Source: Longimicrobiales bacterium (GTDB lineage Bacteria; Gemmatimonadota; Gemmatimonadetes; Longimicrobiales; Gaopeijiaceae). Taken from it: DNA of 64,000 nucleotides. Where the stretch lies: positions 480,001 through 544,000 of the forward strand of contig CBDDCX010000008.1 in the NCBI GenBank assembly GCA_965226375.1, written 5' to 3'. A program made the translations under genes and the position numbers. Under the pieces are notes generated by a model. It searched no databases. It had not been told where the DNA came from and saw only the letters and a list, made by a program, of their open reading frames with translations. Shown here piece by piece: positions 49,150 through 62,596 of this stretch. Within the stretch, counting starts at the first letter, position 1, and each line of letters opens with the position of its first letter.

Positions 49150-50694
49150 TTGTCTTCCAAGTCCGAAGTCTTCAGTTCTCGCTGGGGCATGCTCCTGGCC
49201 ATGCTGGGCATGGCCGTGGGCACCGGAAATATCTGGCGCTTCCCCCGTATCGCCGCGTCGAACGGTGGCGGGTCGTTCCTGGTGGCTTGGGTGGTCTTTC
49301 TCCTGCTCTGGTCGGTCCCTCTGCTGATCCTGGAGTTCGGGATGGGCAAGGCCACCCGGTCGGGCACGATCGGGGCGTTCGTGAAGACCATCGGGCCCAA
49401 GTTCGCCTGGATGGGTGCATGGGTGGCCTTCGTTGCCACCGCCATCATGTTCTACTACAGCGTTGTCATGGGATGGACCATCCGGTTCTTCCTGGCGGCG
49501 ATTATGGGAGACATCCCGTCGGCCGTTCCCGAGGCGTTCTGGGATGGCTTCGCGGGTACGCCTTGGGCTCTCGTAACGCACGTGGTTGCCATGGGGCTGG
49601 GGTTATTCGTGGTGTCCAAGGGAGTGAAGGGCATCGAGACGGCAGCCAAGATCCTGATCCCCAGCCTAATTATTCTGGTCGTCATTCTGGCCATTCGGGC
49701 GGTGACGTTGCCGGGAGCGTCCGCCGGCCTGGCATTCCTCTTCACGCCGCACTGGGCCGATCTTGCAGACTCCAAGATCTGGCTCGAGGCGCTGACCCAG
49801 AATGCATGGGACACGGGCGCCGGGTGGGGTCTGGTCCTGACGTACGCCATCTACATGAGGAGCCAGGAAGACACCGCCCTCAACGCCTTCGTGATCGGCT
49901 TCGGCAACAACTCCATGTCGCTCTTGGCCGGCATCATGGTGCTGGCGACCGTGTTTTCCGTAATGCCCGACGCTGCCGATCAGATCGTGGGCGCGGGCAA
50001 CGAGGGGCTGACCTTCATTTGGGTCCCCCAGCTGTTCGCGCTCATTCCGGGTGGGCGCTTCTTCATGTCGCTCTTCTTCCTGGCTCTCGTGTTCGCCGCC
50101 TGGACGTCACTCGTGGCCATGATCGAGCTCGCCAGCCGGATTCTGATCGATCTGGGCATGACCCGCGGCCGGGCCATCACTTTGGTAGGGACCGCAGGGA
50201 TACTTTTCGGCGCACCCAGCGCACTCAACTGGTCAGACACAGCAGGAGCCGGGCCGTTCTTCGCCAACCAGGACTGGGTGTGGGGTGTGGGGCTGATGCT
50301 CTCGGGCTTCTTCTTCGCGTTCGCCGTTCTTAAGTACGGCGTCACGCGGTGGAGAGAGCAGTTCATCAACACGGGCGACTCGGACATCCATATCGGAGCC
50401 TGGTGGGACTGGACAATCCGCTTGGTGATCGTCGAGTCGATCATTCTCATGGGCTGGTGGTTGTACCAGGCTCAAGGGGGGTCGTTCGTCGAGACATGGA
50501 CCCTGTTCTCCGCTTTCAACGTGGGCTCGGTCCTGATCCAGTGGGTGATCGCTCTCGGCCTCCTCTATTTCCTGAACGGCTGGTTGGTGGCGCGGCTTCC
50601 GGGTGCAGCCCTCGCGACCGAAGCGGGCACCGGTGGCCCTGGTCCGGTCGGGGATAGCCCGGATGCCGGTGGTGGAGGCCCGGAGGTCGGGTAG
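49150..50694 (+). CDS. Sodium-dependent transporter, NSS/SNF family
   Basis: GMAVGTGNIWRFP..NGGGSF. Confidence 0.93.
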   Translation: MSSKSEVFSSRWGMLLAMLGMAVGTGNIWRFPRIAASNGGGSFLVAWVVFLLLWSVPLLILEFGMGKATRSGTIGAFVKTIGPKFAWMGAWVAFVATAIMFYYSVVMGWTIRFFLAAIMGDIPSAVPEAFWDGFAGTPWALVTHVVAMGLGLFVVSKGVKGIETAAKILIPSLIILVVILAIRAVTLPGASAGLAFLFTPHWADLADSKIWLEALTQNAWDTGAGWGLVLTYAIYMRSQEDTALNAFVIGFGNNSMSLLAGIMVLATVFSVMPDAADQIVGAGNEGLTFIWVPQLFALIPGGRFFMSLFFLALVFAAWTSLVAMIELASRILIDLGMTRGRAITLVGTAGILFGAPSALNWSDTAGAGPFFANQDWVWGVGLMLSGFFFAFAVLKYGVTRWREQFINTGDSDIHIGAWWDWTIRLVIVESIILMGWWLYQAQGGSFVETWTLFSAFNVGSVLIQWVIALGLLYFLNGWLVARLPGAALATEAGTGGPGPVGDSPDAGGGGPEVG

Positions 50695-50711
50695 GCCGGG
50701 CTTCGGCACTC

Positions 50712-51362
50712 ATGGCGAGGGAGTCCAGGAAGGCTAAGACGGAACGCGCAGCGGAGGTCTTCTCCCTGCTGGTGAACGAGTATCCGGATGCCCATTGTGC
50801 GCTCGATCATCTCGGCGCCTACCAGCTCGGTGTCGCGACCATCCTCTCTGCCCAGACCACGGACGAGCGGGTCAACATGGTCACGCCGGCTCTGTTCGAG
50901 CGGTACCCCACGCCCCGGGATCTGGCGAGCGCCGACCAGGCAGACGTAGAGGAGATCATCCGCTCCACCGGGTTCTTCAGAAACAAGGCCAAGAACATCA
51001 TCGGTTTTGCCCTCGGTGTGACCGAGGAGCACAACGGCGAGGTTCCCCGCACCATGGCGGATCTCAACGCGCTGCCCGGCGTCGGACGAAAGACCGCCAA
51101 CGTCATATTGGGCAATGCTTTCGGGATCGATGAGGGTGTGGTGGTAGACACGCACGTCAAGCGTATCTCGAGCCTGCTCGGATTCACTCAGGAGAAGACA
51201 CCGGAGAAGATCGAGCAGGATCTCATGGGACTCTTTCCCAGGGATAGGTGGACACTGCTTTCCCATCTCGTGATCTTCCACGGCCGGCAGGTGTGTGACG
51301 CCAGGAAACCGCGCTGCGAGGCGTGCTCCCTTTCCCACCTGTGCCCGTCGTCTAGAGTCTGA
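50712..51362 (+). CDS. nth: Endonuclease III
   Basis: ILSAQTTD, HhH motif LPGVGRKTANV, VDTH and Cx6Cx2Cx5C. Confidence 0.96.
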   Translation: MARESRKAKTERAAEVFSLLVNEYPDAHCALDHLGAYQLGVATILSAQTTDERVNMVTPALFERYPTPRDLASADQADVEEIIRSTGFFRNKAKNIIGFALGVTEEHNGEVPRTMADLNALPGVGRKTANVILGNAFGIDEGVVVDTHVKRISSLLGFTQEKTPEKIEQDLMGLFPRDRWTLLSHLVIFHGRQVCDARKPRCEACSLSHLCPSSRV

Positions 51363-51562
51363 CAAACGGGCCATGGGCCTCCGGCAAGAAATGGAGAACT
51401 CGGGCGTAGGAGTTAGTCGACCGGGATGTCGGAGTCAGTCGGCCTGCTTGACCCGTGCGGCTCGACGGTGGGAGCTTTGGAATGGGCCAGGGCGCCCCAT
51501 CGGCTTATGCACCCCGGGAACTGTTTCCCCATGACCCTCGATTGGACCACTGGGAGTACACG

Positions 51563-52141
51563 TTGAGCGAAACAATGCCCGACCGGGCCGACGCGCTGGC
51601 GCTCCTCGAGAGCTGGGTAGAGAACGAAGGGCTCAGAAAGCACATGCTGGGCGTGGAGGCCACGGTGCGTCACTACGCCCGTATGCACGACGAGGACGAA
51701 GATCTGTGGGGCATGACCGGACTACTTCACGACCTGGATTGGGAAAGGTACCCGGACGAGCATCCGCATCGAGGGCTGAGGGAGCTCGAGGAACGAGGTT
51801 ATCCGATGGAGATCATTCGTGCGGTGGAGACACACGCACCCAACCGCACGGGCAAGGAGCCCGAGTCTCTTCTCGAGCGTGTTTTGTTCGCCTGTGACGA
51901 GCTCTCCGGACTCGTCTATGCGTGCTGCCTGGTCAGGCCCAACGGAATCGACGACCTGAGCCCCAAGTCGGTGACCAAGAAGCTGAAGGACAAGGCGTTC
52001 GCCGCCGGAGTCGACCGTGACGACGTTGCGCGCGGTGTGGAGCTTCTGGGAATCGAGCGGGCGGAGCACATCCAGAACGTTATCGACGGGATGAGGACCA
52101 TCGGCGACGTTCTGGGGATCCGAGCGGAGGACAAGGTCTAG
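51563..52141 (+). CDS. HD-domain protein
   Basis: KHML, GLLHDLDWE and KKLKDKAFAAGV. Confidence 0.85.
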   Translation: MSETMPDRADALALLESWVENEGLRKHMLGVEATVRHYARMHDEDEDLWGMTGLLHDLDWERYPDEHPHRGLRELEERGYPMEIIRAVETHAPNRTGKEPESLLERVLFACDELSGLVYACCLVRPNGIDDLSPKSVTKKLKDKAFAAGVDRDDVARGVELLGIERAEHIQNVIDGMRTIGDVLGIRAEDKV

Positions 52142-54756
52142 TGTCCCGTCCGCTGGGCTCCTTCGGCAGAACACGAGTGTGCCGTAGGCTTCTCCCGCTT
52201 GTCACGCCCTTCGCCGCGCTTCTTCACGGCCAGGTCGCTGCCCAGGACGTAGAGATGCTGGCCCGCGAATACGGCACCCCCATTCCCGAAGGCTATTACA
52301 CGGAGCTTCAGCGAGATCCGAATGCTTATCGGTTCGGACGGGGCTGGCGTCCCGAAGCACGAGTCGACGCTCCTCGGCTACTCCGTAACCGTGACTCTCG
52401 CGGCGCGGCCACTTTGGGCCGCCGTGGGGGAGGTGTGAGCGGGACGTTCACGTTCCCACTCATCCTGGGGCTCTACCTGGACACGCCGGGTATCCCCAGC
52501 GGCAAGGTGGGGTGCCGCGCACCCTGTACCGTGGGCCCCCCGGCCGAGCCGCTCACGCGTGAGATCATCCAGCGCGAATTCTTCGATGGCCCCAACAGCA
52601 TTCTCAGCACGATCCCCGAGTTCTACACGGAGGTCTCGGGGGGCCGGGTAACCCTTGTGGGAGACAGCCACGACTGGTTCCAGACCAGCCTTACGGGGGC
52701 CCAGGTGACGGGAGACAGTGACGGCCTCAGCAGCACGGATATGGTCGGAGAATTCATCATCGAGATTCTCGTGAGACTCGATGACGGAGCCGTAGACTGG
52801 GGGCAGTATGACAACGACGGGCCCGATGGGGTTCCGAACTCCGGCGACGACGACGGCTTCGTAGACGTGCTCACGGTCATGCACCCGACGGCAGGAGGAG
52901 AGTGTTTCGTCAGTGGCGTTGGACGCGTCTGGTCCCACCGTTGGCAGCTCTCCGCTTCGGCCGCAGCCGCCGTAGATCCGATCTTTCACGCTTACGTGAC
53001 TCAGACTGCCTCTGCTAACGGAGGCCAGATCCTGGTCGACGACTATGCCATTGTGGCGGCGCTAGGGTGCGATGCGCAGCACGTCAACCAGATCGGTATT
53101 TTTGCGCATGAGCTGGGCCACGGATTCGGCCTTCCCGACCTGTACGCGGTGGGCGGTAGCCACGCCGGTGTGGGACGATGGGGCCTCATGGGCTCGGGCG
53201 CGTGGGGCTGCACCGGCGGGATTCCCGCGATTCCCTGCCACATGACGGCTTGGAGCAAAGAAGCTCTCGGGTGGGCCAACGTGACGACGCTCGCTCCGGA
53301 CGCCGATCTGGGTGTGATAACACTGGACCCCGTGGAAACCTCGGGAGACATCATTCGAATCGAGGCCGGGGACGGGAGCGGGGACTACCTGTTATTGGAG
53401 AATCGCCAACCCATCGGGTTCGACGTCAACCTCTTCTCGCCGGGCCTACTCGTCTGGCAGATCGACGAGGACATGGTGTCCAGCCGATGGGCCTCCAATA
53501 CCGTCAACTCGTCCTCCGGGCGTATGGGTGTCTGGCTGCGGCAGGGGGACGGCGAGAACGATTTGGCACTGGGCACGCAACGGGGCGATTCCGGTGATCC
53601 CTTCCCGGGCTCGTCGGGCCAAGACCAGTTCACGGCGGGGTCCGCTCCGGCGGCCTTTACGTTCGACGGCCTCAACGGCCAGGATGGAGTGCCCCAGGGC
53701 AGGGCTGCAGGCATAACGCTGCTCGACATCCAGCAGGTGGGTGACCAGGTGCGATTCCGCGCTCTTACCCGGTACCAGACTCTCACGCTCCAGGCTACCG
53801 GTGCGTTGGGACCCGTGCCGTTCCGGGTGGACGGGGTGGAGACCGGCGACAACCCTGCCAGCGTCGTGTCGGCACCGTTCCAGAGACATGTGATCGAGGC
53901 GGCGGGCGGAGAGGAATCGGTGGACGGCTTCCGCAACGGGTTCGTCGCATGGGACGACGGTGCTGAACGAAACCGTGAATGGACCACGGAGCTCTCCGAC
54001 GTGACGCTCATCGCGACGTACGGGAATCCTGAGGTGCGTTTCGACCTGACCCTCCAGCGTCCCGTGCCGGGAGTCGACGCCGGTCGCATCGTTACGAACC
54101 CCCCATCGGAACCGGGGTGGCTACAGCTCGGTGCAGAAGTGAGCATCGGTGTCGATACCAACATCGGCTTCGCCTTCCGGGAGTGGACTGGAGCGCTAGC
54201 CGGTCAGCCGAACCCGGCACTGATCACACTCACCGAGCCGGCGGTGGCCGGTGCCGAGTTCGACATCACGTTCGGGCTCGCCGGGGCACCCACGCTGAAC
54301 TTCGATTTCGATGGGGCTACGCCGACCTCCCTCAGGATTTCCGTGGAGAACGGAAACCCACCCGTCACCTGGCAACAGTTCGGAGAGCTTCCCTCCGGGA
54401 TGCATTCGCATGCCAACCGGGGTGTGGTCCACGGTACTCCGCGCGAGATGGGGGAATTCGATGTGACGCTGTGGGCCACGGACGCCATCGGCCTCACCGC
54501 TTCGGCTGCGCTCAGCATCTCGGTGGGCCCACCCAGCTCCGGTCTCCGGGAAATGGCCAACCAATTTCTCCTCGAACCGATGGACCCCAACCTTGCAGAC
54601 TTCCTGGACTATCAAGGCGATCGGGACGGCGAGTACGACCTGGGGGATTTTCGGGCCTGGATCGTAGGCCACCCAGAGCACCCCGCGACGCAGATGATGC
54701 GAGCCGCGGATCCCATCGTCGTCCCCCTCTTCCTCCGGAAGGAGGAGTCACGATGA
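52141..54756 (+). CDS. M6-family (immune inhibitor A-like) metalloprotease with Ig-like C-terminal domains
   Basis: YDNDGPDG, WSHRW, HELGHGFGLPDLY, WGLMGSG and LLENRQ. Confidence 0.9.
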   Translation: MSRPLGSFGRTRVCRRLLPLVTPFAALLHGQVAAQDVEMLAREYGTPIPEGYYTELQRDPNAYRFGRGWRPEARVDAPRLLRNRDSRGAATLGRRGGGVSGTFTFPLILGLYLDTPGIPSGKVGCRAPCTVGPPAEPLTREIIQREFFDGPNSILSTIPEFYTEVSGGRVTLVGDSHDWFQTSLTGAQVTGDSDGLSSTDMVGEFIIEILVRLDDGAVDWGQYDNDGPDGVPNSGDDDGFVDVLTVMHPTAGGECFVSGVGRVWSHRWQLSASAAAAVDPIFHAYVTQTASANGGQILVDDYAIVAALGCDAQHVNQIGIFAHELGHGFGLPDLYAVGGSHAGVGRWGLMGSGAWGCTGGIPAIPCHMTAWSKEALGWANVTTLAPDADLGVITLDPVETSGDIIRIEAGDGSGDYLLLENRQPIGFDVNLFSPGLLVWQIDEDMVSSRWASNTVNSSSGRMGVWLRQGDGENDLALGTQRGDSGDPFPGSSGQDQFTAGSAPAAFTFDGLNGQDGVPQGRAAGITLLDIQQVGDQVRFRALTRYQTLTLQATGALGPVPFRVDGVETGDNPASVVSAPFQRHVIEAAGGEESVDGFRNGFVAWDDGAERNREWTTELSDVTLIATYGNPEVRFDLTLQRPVPGVDAGRIVTNPPSEPGWLQLGAEVSIGVDTNIGFAFREWTGALAGQPNPALITLTEPAVAGAEFDITFGLAGAPTLNFDFDGATPTSLRISVENGNPPVTWQQFGELPSGMHSHANRGVVHGTPREMGEFDVTLWATDAIGLTASAALSISVGPPSSGLREMANQFLLEPMDPNLADFLDYQGDRDGEYDLGDFRAWIVGHPEHPATQMMRAADPIVVPLFLRKEESR

Positions 54757-55133
54757 GGCGGGCGCTCGTTATGGTAGCGTTGGCCTCCGGGGTGCTGGTC
54801 GGCGCATGTGACTCGGGCCCCAAGGGTCCCGGACAGCTCACCGGCAGACTGCGGTCGGGGCCGATCCCGGTGGGTGCGATTGTGCTGGAGTTTACGGGTA
54901 CCGGTATCACGGGCTTCTCCGGTGTGGGGGCGACCAAGGTTTTCTTCGCCGAGAATGAGCCCGGTGTATTCCGGGTCGTCATGGTGACTCCGACCGCGGG
55001 CGAAATGAACTTCCTGATTAGCGTCGAGGACTTGGAGGCTCCCTTGCCCACCGTCAATTCCGTCGAGGCGGTCGATTCCAACAACGGAGGCCTCGGCGAC
55101 CTCACCGGAATCTCGGTCGAGGTGAAGCATTAG
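54753..55133 (+). CDS. Small beta-rich lipoprotein
   Basis: RBS GGAGG, ATGA overlap with the protease stop, VGAC lipobox. Confidence 0.75.
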   Translation: MRRALVMVALASGVLVGACDSGPKGPGQLTGRLRSGPIPVGAIVLEFTGTGITGFSGVGATKVFFAENEPGVFRVVMVTPTAGEMNFLISVEDLEAPLPTVNSVEAVDSNNGGLGDLTGISVEVKH

Positions 55134-55169
55134 CTTGCGTCCCGAGCTTGTCGGTCTGAGAATACGCTC

Positions 55170-55280
55170 ATGACTACATCCACTGTGATCACCATGGTTC
55201 TGGTCTTGGGCTTCGTCTGGGGCGGCTTCGCGTTCTTCCTTTTGACGGCGGTCCGCAAGGAGTCCGATAAGGGCGATTGA
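55170..55280 (+). CDS. MetS-like NSS-transporter small subunit (36 aa; absent from the ORF track)
   Basis: MTTSTVITMVLVLGFVWGGFAFFLLTAVRKESDKGD: single TM helix with WGG motif. Confidence 0.7.
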   Translation: MTTSTVITMVLVLGFVWGGFAFFLLTAVRKESDKGD

Positions 55281-55427
55281 GCGGGCCTCGAGACCACCCG
55301 CGGCGCCTCCCCCAGCCGCCTTGTGCTGCATCGCCAGATCCGACACCTTTCGCCGCGATGTACGCTCCGCTTTTCCTACCGTGGACCCGCCCCGCTCGTG
55401 GCGGCCCAACCCCCCCCTGTTCAGCCA

Positions 55428-58731
<3,304 letters not shown>

Positions 58732-58739
<8 letters not shown>

Positions 58740-59706
58740 TCCTACTCCGGTAGGATTCCTCCTCCACCCGGCGTCACCCCTCCATGATACCGGCTGGGGA
58801 CACCCCGAACATCAGGGCCGTCTCAGGTCCCTCGCTTCTGCCGTGGGTCAGGATCTGCTCGCGCTCCACGACAGGGTCATCCAGGTCGAGGCCGGCGAGG
58901 CCACGGAAGAGGACCTGCTGCGTGTGCACTCCACGGCTCATGTGGAACTCATCCGTACTGCCGCCGAGCGAGCGGAGCGAGAGGCCACGCTGATCCGGCT
59001 CGATCCCGACACCGTCGTTTCCCCGGCCTCTTGGCGAGCGGCGACCGGCTCGTCGGGTGCGCTTCTTACGGCGGCAGAGGCAGTTTCGGCCGGAACGCTG
59101 GCGTCCGCGTTCGTGGCGACCCGTCCGCCCGGCCACCACGCCACTCCAGACAAGGCCATGGGGTTCTGTCTCATCAACCACGTGGCTGTTGCCACCCGGT
59201 GGCTTCAGGCGACCGGGCGAGCGGAGCGTGTGCTCATCGTGGACTGGGACGTACACCATGGCAACGGCACCCAGGACGTCTTCTATGCCGACGGCAGCGT
59301 ATTCTATCTGTCCTTGCACCAATGGCCCCACTATCCGGGCTCAGGAGCGAGCGACGAGAGAGGTGTGGGCGAAGGAGAGGGGTGGACGCTCAACGTGCCA
59401 CTGCCGGCGGCGACACCTGCGGACGAGTACAGACGCCACTTCTGCGAAGCTCTGACCCAGGCACTGCAAGTGTGTAATCCGGACTTCGTATTGATTTCCG
59501 CCGGATTCGACGTCATGGCCGGCGACCCGCTCGGAGGCATGTTGTTGGAGCCGGCAGACCTCCACTCGCTGACGCGCGCCGTCATGGATCGGATCGAGGA
59601 CGGCGTCGGACTCGTGGCGGCTCTGGAAGGCGGGTACGATCCCAAACGGACCGGTCTCGGCACGGCCCAGGTGCTCAGAGCGCTAGCCGGCATCGATCTG
59701 GATTAA
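58732..59706 (+). CDS. Histone deacetylase-family amidohydrolase
   Basis: [29 protein letters not shown] and LEGGY. Confidence 0.93.
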
Positions 59707-59799
59707 GACGATCGTCGGGTGGGCTCCTTTCCAGGCCCCCGGGGGTAGTTCATAGGATAGCTAATCCACGCTCGCACCCCGATCAGTGAAGGCATCGCG

Positions 59800-60315
59800 A
59801 TGCTGAGAACTCTCCGGACCTGTGCCCTAGTAGTAGTCGCGGCCCTCGGCACATCGATGGTTCCCCTGGCGGCCCAGGACGGAGACGAGGCCCTGAGGAA
59901 TCCTGTCGAGCCCCATCCAGTTGCCGACGAGGCTATCTCGCGCCTCAAGTCTCCCTACTGCCCGGGTCTCATGCTCGAGGTATGCACGTCGTATCAGGGG
60001 GCTCTGCTCAGGGACAGCCTTCAGGCCATGGCACGCGAGGGTGGGAGTACGGATGATCTCGTGGATTGGGTCCTCTCCCGTCATGGCGAGGAGTACCTAG
60101 CCTATCCGCGCGCGTCCGGCCGAGGGCTCCTCGCCTGGCTCGTCCCGCCGGGGGCGCTGCTTCTGGGAGTCGGAGTGGTCATCGTGGCACTCCGCCACAT
60201 GCGAGATCCCACGCGCTTCGGAGCGGAGGTGGAGCAAGAGTTGTCCGCCGAGGATGAAGACAGGCTGAGAGAAGCACTTCGGGAAATGGATGCGGCGGAG
60301 GAGCCGATCTTCTAG
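59800..60315 (+). CDS. ccmH: Cytochrome c biogenesis protein CcmH/NrfF-like
   Basis: Signal peptide, LKSPYCPG..C, HGEEYLAYP and TM LAWLVP. Confidence 0.75.
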   Translation: MLRTLRTCALVVVAALGTSMVPLAAQDGDEALRNPVEPHPVADEAISRLKSPYCPGLMLEVCTSYQGALLRDSLQAMAREGGSTDDLVDWVLSRHGEEYLAYPRASGRGLLAWLVPPGALLLGVGVVIVALRHMRDPTRFGAEVEQELSAEDEDRLREALREMDAAEEPIF

Positions 60316-60366
60316 GGCCTCGGGAGGTACATTGGCCCCCCGAGTGACGCCGATCTACGTTCCCGC

Positions 60367-61347
60367 ATGACTCCGGACATCAACGGTCGAGAACGAGTTG
60401 CTGGGGGCGTGCCGTCTATGCTCGACCTGCTCCACCTGAGCAAGAGACCCTTATTCCCGCCGGGCGGCCTGGAGCTCTACCGCCAGATCGCTCTGCTTGC
60501 CGAGATGCGGCCCGACCACGAGGTCTTGGTGGTGCCGTCGGGTCTCGCCGTCACCCTCGAGTACTTCGTCGACGAGTACGACGTCCATGGCTCGGGCGTG
60601 GAAGATGACCCGCACTTGCTCGAGCGAGCCGAAGAGCGTCTACGGGGACTCGGATTGTTGGACCGGGTACACGTTCAGCTGGGCGAGATGGACAGCCTTC
60701 CGTTCCGCGACGGCATTTTCGACGTGGTCGTCGCGGAGCTCGGCCTGACATCTCACGTTGAGCCCGAGTCCGCCGTCGAGGAGTTGGTGAGGGTGGCCAA
60801 GCCCGGCGCCACCGTGGTGGTTGTTCAGCCGGTCTGGAAGGCACCGGTGGACCCGGAGCGGAGGGCGGTGTTGTCCGATCACTTCGGGTGCCGGCCGCTC
60901 ATGCTCGTGGAGTGGAAGAGGATTTTGAGAGCTTCGGGCCTGGAGCGTCTTCACACCGAGGACTGGTCCGACGAAGGAACTTCGTTTCGTCCTCAGATCG
61001 CGAAGCCGTTCCCCGACTTCGCGGAGTTGTTCAGCCCGGGAGAAAAGTTGGGAATTTGGCGGCGGGCGCGACGGAGGTGGGGGTGGGGGGGGTTGTGGGC
61101 GGCTATGGCCAGGGAACGGGAGGTGCACAAGGTTCTCACGCGGGAGCGCATCCTGGGGCTCGACCTGGTCAAGGGTGTCAAAGCGGGGACGGCGCCGGGC
61201 GCCACTTTCCCCGCCTCGACCGACACCGAGCGGCCCGCCTCGGCGGGCCCGGAGACGCCCACTACCGAAGAAGAAGACGGCAGCCCGGAAGAGGAACAGG
61301 TTACCGGACTGCCCCTGTTCGGTGACGAGGCGGACGCCGATGCCTGA
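60367..61347 (+). CDS. Class I SAM-dependent methyltransferase
   Basis: PGG, VPSGLA (degenerate motif I), LPFRDGIFDVV and RVAKPG. Confidence 0.75.
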   Translation: MTPDINGRERVAGGVPSMLDLLHLSKRPLFPPGGLELYRQIALLAEMRPDHEVLVVPSGLAVTLEYFVDEYDVHGSGVEDDPHLLERAEERLRGLGLLDRVHVQLGEMDSLPFRDGIFDVVVAELGLTSHVEPESAVEELVRVAKPGATVVVVQPVWKAPVDPERRAVLSDHFGCRPLMLVEWKRILRASGLERLHTEDWSDEGTSFRPQIAKPFPDFAELFSPGEKLGIWRRARRRWGWGGLWAAMAREREVHKVLTRERILGLDLVKGVKAGTAPGATFPASTDTERPASAGPETPTTEEEDGSPEEEQVTGLPLFGDEADADA

Positions 61348-61373
61348 CAACAACCCAAAGCGATGGGAGTGAC

Positions 61374-62570
61374 GTGAGCAAGATTGCACCGATGACCGAT
61401 CCGGAGCAGGTGGCCAAGGTCCAGGAGGCCCTCAAGGCCGGCGGCATGGACGGGTGGCTCTTCTTCGACTTCCGTGGCCTAAACCCGATAGCGAGTGCCA
61501 TGGTGGGCCTGGGTTGGACCACGCGCCGCTCCTTCACGTTGGTGCCCGCCGAGGGGGAGCCGGTCGCCCTGATCCACGCCATCGAGCACTCCTCATGGCG
61601 CCATTGGCCCTGGGCCAAGCAGGACTATTCGGGCTGGCGGGAAATGGAGTCGAAACTCGCGGAGCTGGTCGAGGGGCGCACGCGCTTGGCCATGGAGGTC
61701 TCCTCGCGATCGAGCGTTCCCACTCTAGATCGCGTCCCGGCAAGGATGCTGGAGCTGTTTAAGGAGGTCGGGGTCGAGCCCGTGAGCTCCGGCGATCTGG
61801 TCTCCGCCTTCTACTCCGTGTGGTCCGAAGAGCAACTCGAGGAGCACAGGGGCTCGGCCGAGACGGTGCGCCAGGTTGCCCTCGACGCCTTTGCCAGGGC
61901 TGCGGATCACATCAGCCAGGGCGCTCCCCTTCTCGAGGGCCAACTGGGCGCTTGGATCCGATCGGAACTCACGGCCCGGGGCGTAGGAGTCGACACGGAT
62001 ACTCATGTGGCGATCGGTCCCAATGCCGCCGATCCGCACTACGATCCGCGTGACGCCGGTGCTTTGATCGAAGAGGGCGAGGTGTTACTCATCGATCTGT
62101 GGGGCAAGCAGACGGAGGATGGTGTGCCCGCGGACCAGACCTGGATGGGGATACTGGCGCACTCCGTGCCCGAGCGCGTGCAGACGATCTGGGAGGCAGT
62201 CCGCGGCTCTCGCGAGGCCGGTATCGGATTCCTTCAGGAGTGCCATGCCGAGGGACGTGATGTGCACGGCTTCGAAGTGGACGACGTGTGCCGACAGTTC
62301 CTTGTCGAGTCAGGCTTTGGCGACTTCTTCGTGCACCGTACCGGTCACTCGATGGATCTGGAGCTGCACGGCAGCGGGCCCAATCTGGACAACCTGGAGA
62401 CCCGCGACGACCGCCTGCTGGTTCAGGGAGTCGGCTTCTCCATCGAGCCCGGCGTCTATATGGCGAACGATGTGGGCATCCGGAGTGAGATAAACGTGCA
62501 CTTTGGAGCGGATGGCCCGGAGGTCACGCCTCTGGAGCGGCAGGACGAGATTCTACTGTTGTTGGACTGA
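61374..62570 (+). CDS. Xaa-Pro aminopeptidase (M24)
   Basis: DPHY, LIDLW, ADQTW, HRTGH, FSIEPG and GIRSE. Confidence 0.9.
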   Translation: MSKIAPMTDPEQVAKVQEALKAGGMDGWLFFDFRGLNPIASAMVGLGWTTRRSFTLVPAEGEPVALIHAIEHSSWRHWPWAKQDYSGWREMESKLAELVEGRTRLAMEVSSRSSVPTLDRVPARMLELFKEVGVEPVSSGDLVSAFYSVWSEEQLEEHRGSAETVRQVALDAFARAADHISQGAPLLEGQLGAWIRSELTARGVGVDTDTHVAIGPNAADPHYDPRDAGALIEEGEVLLIDLWGKQTEDGVPADQTWMGILAHSVPERVQTIWEAVRGSREAGIGFLQECHAEGRDVHGFEVDDVCRQFLVESGFGDFFVHRTGHSMDLELHGSGPNLDNLETRDDRLLVQGVGFSIEPGVYMANDVGIRSEINVHFGADGPEVTPLERQDEILLLLD

Positions 62571-62596
62571 CCCCACCCTCGGTACCTCTGGCATCC

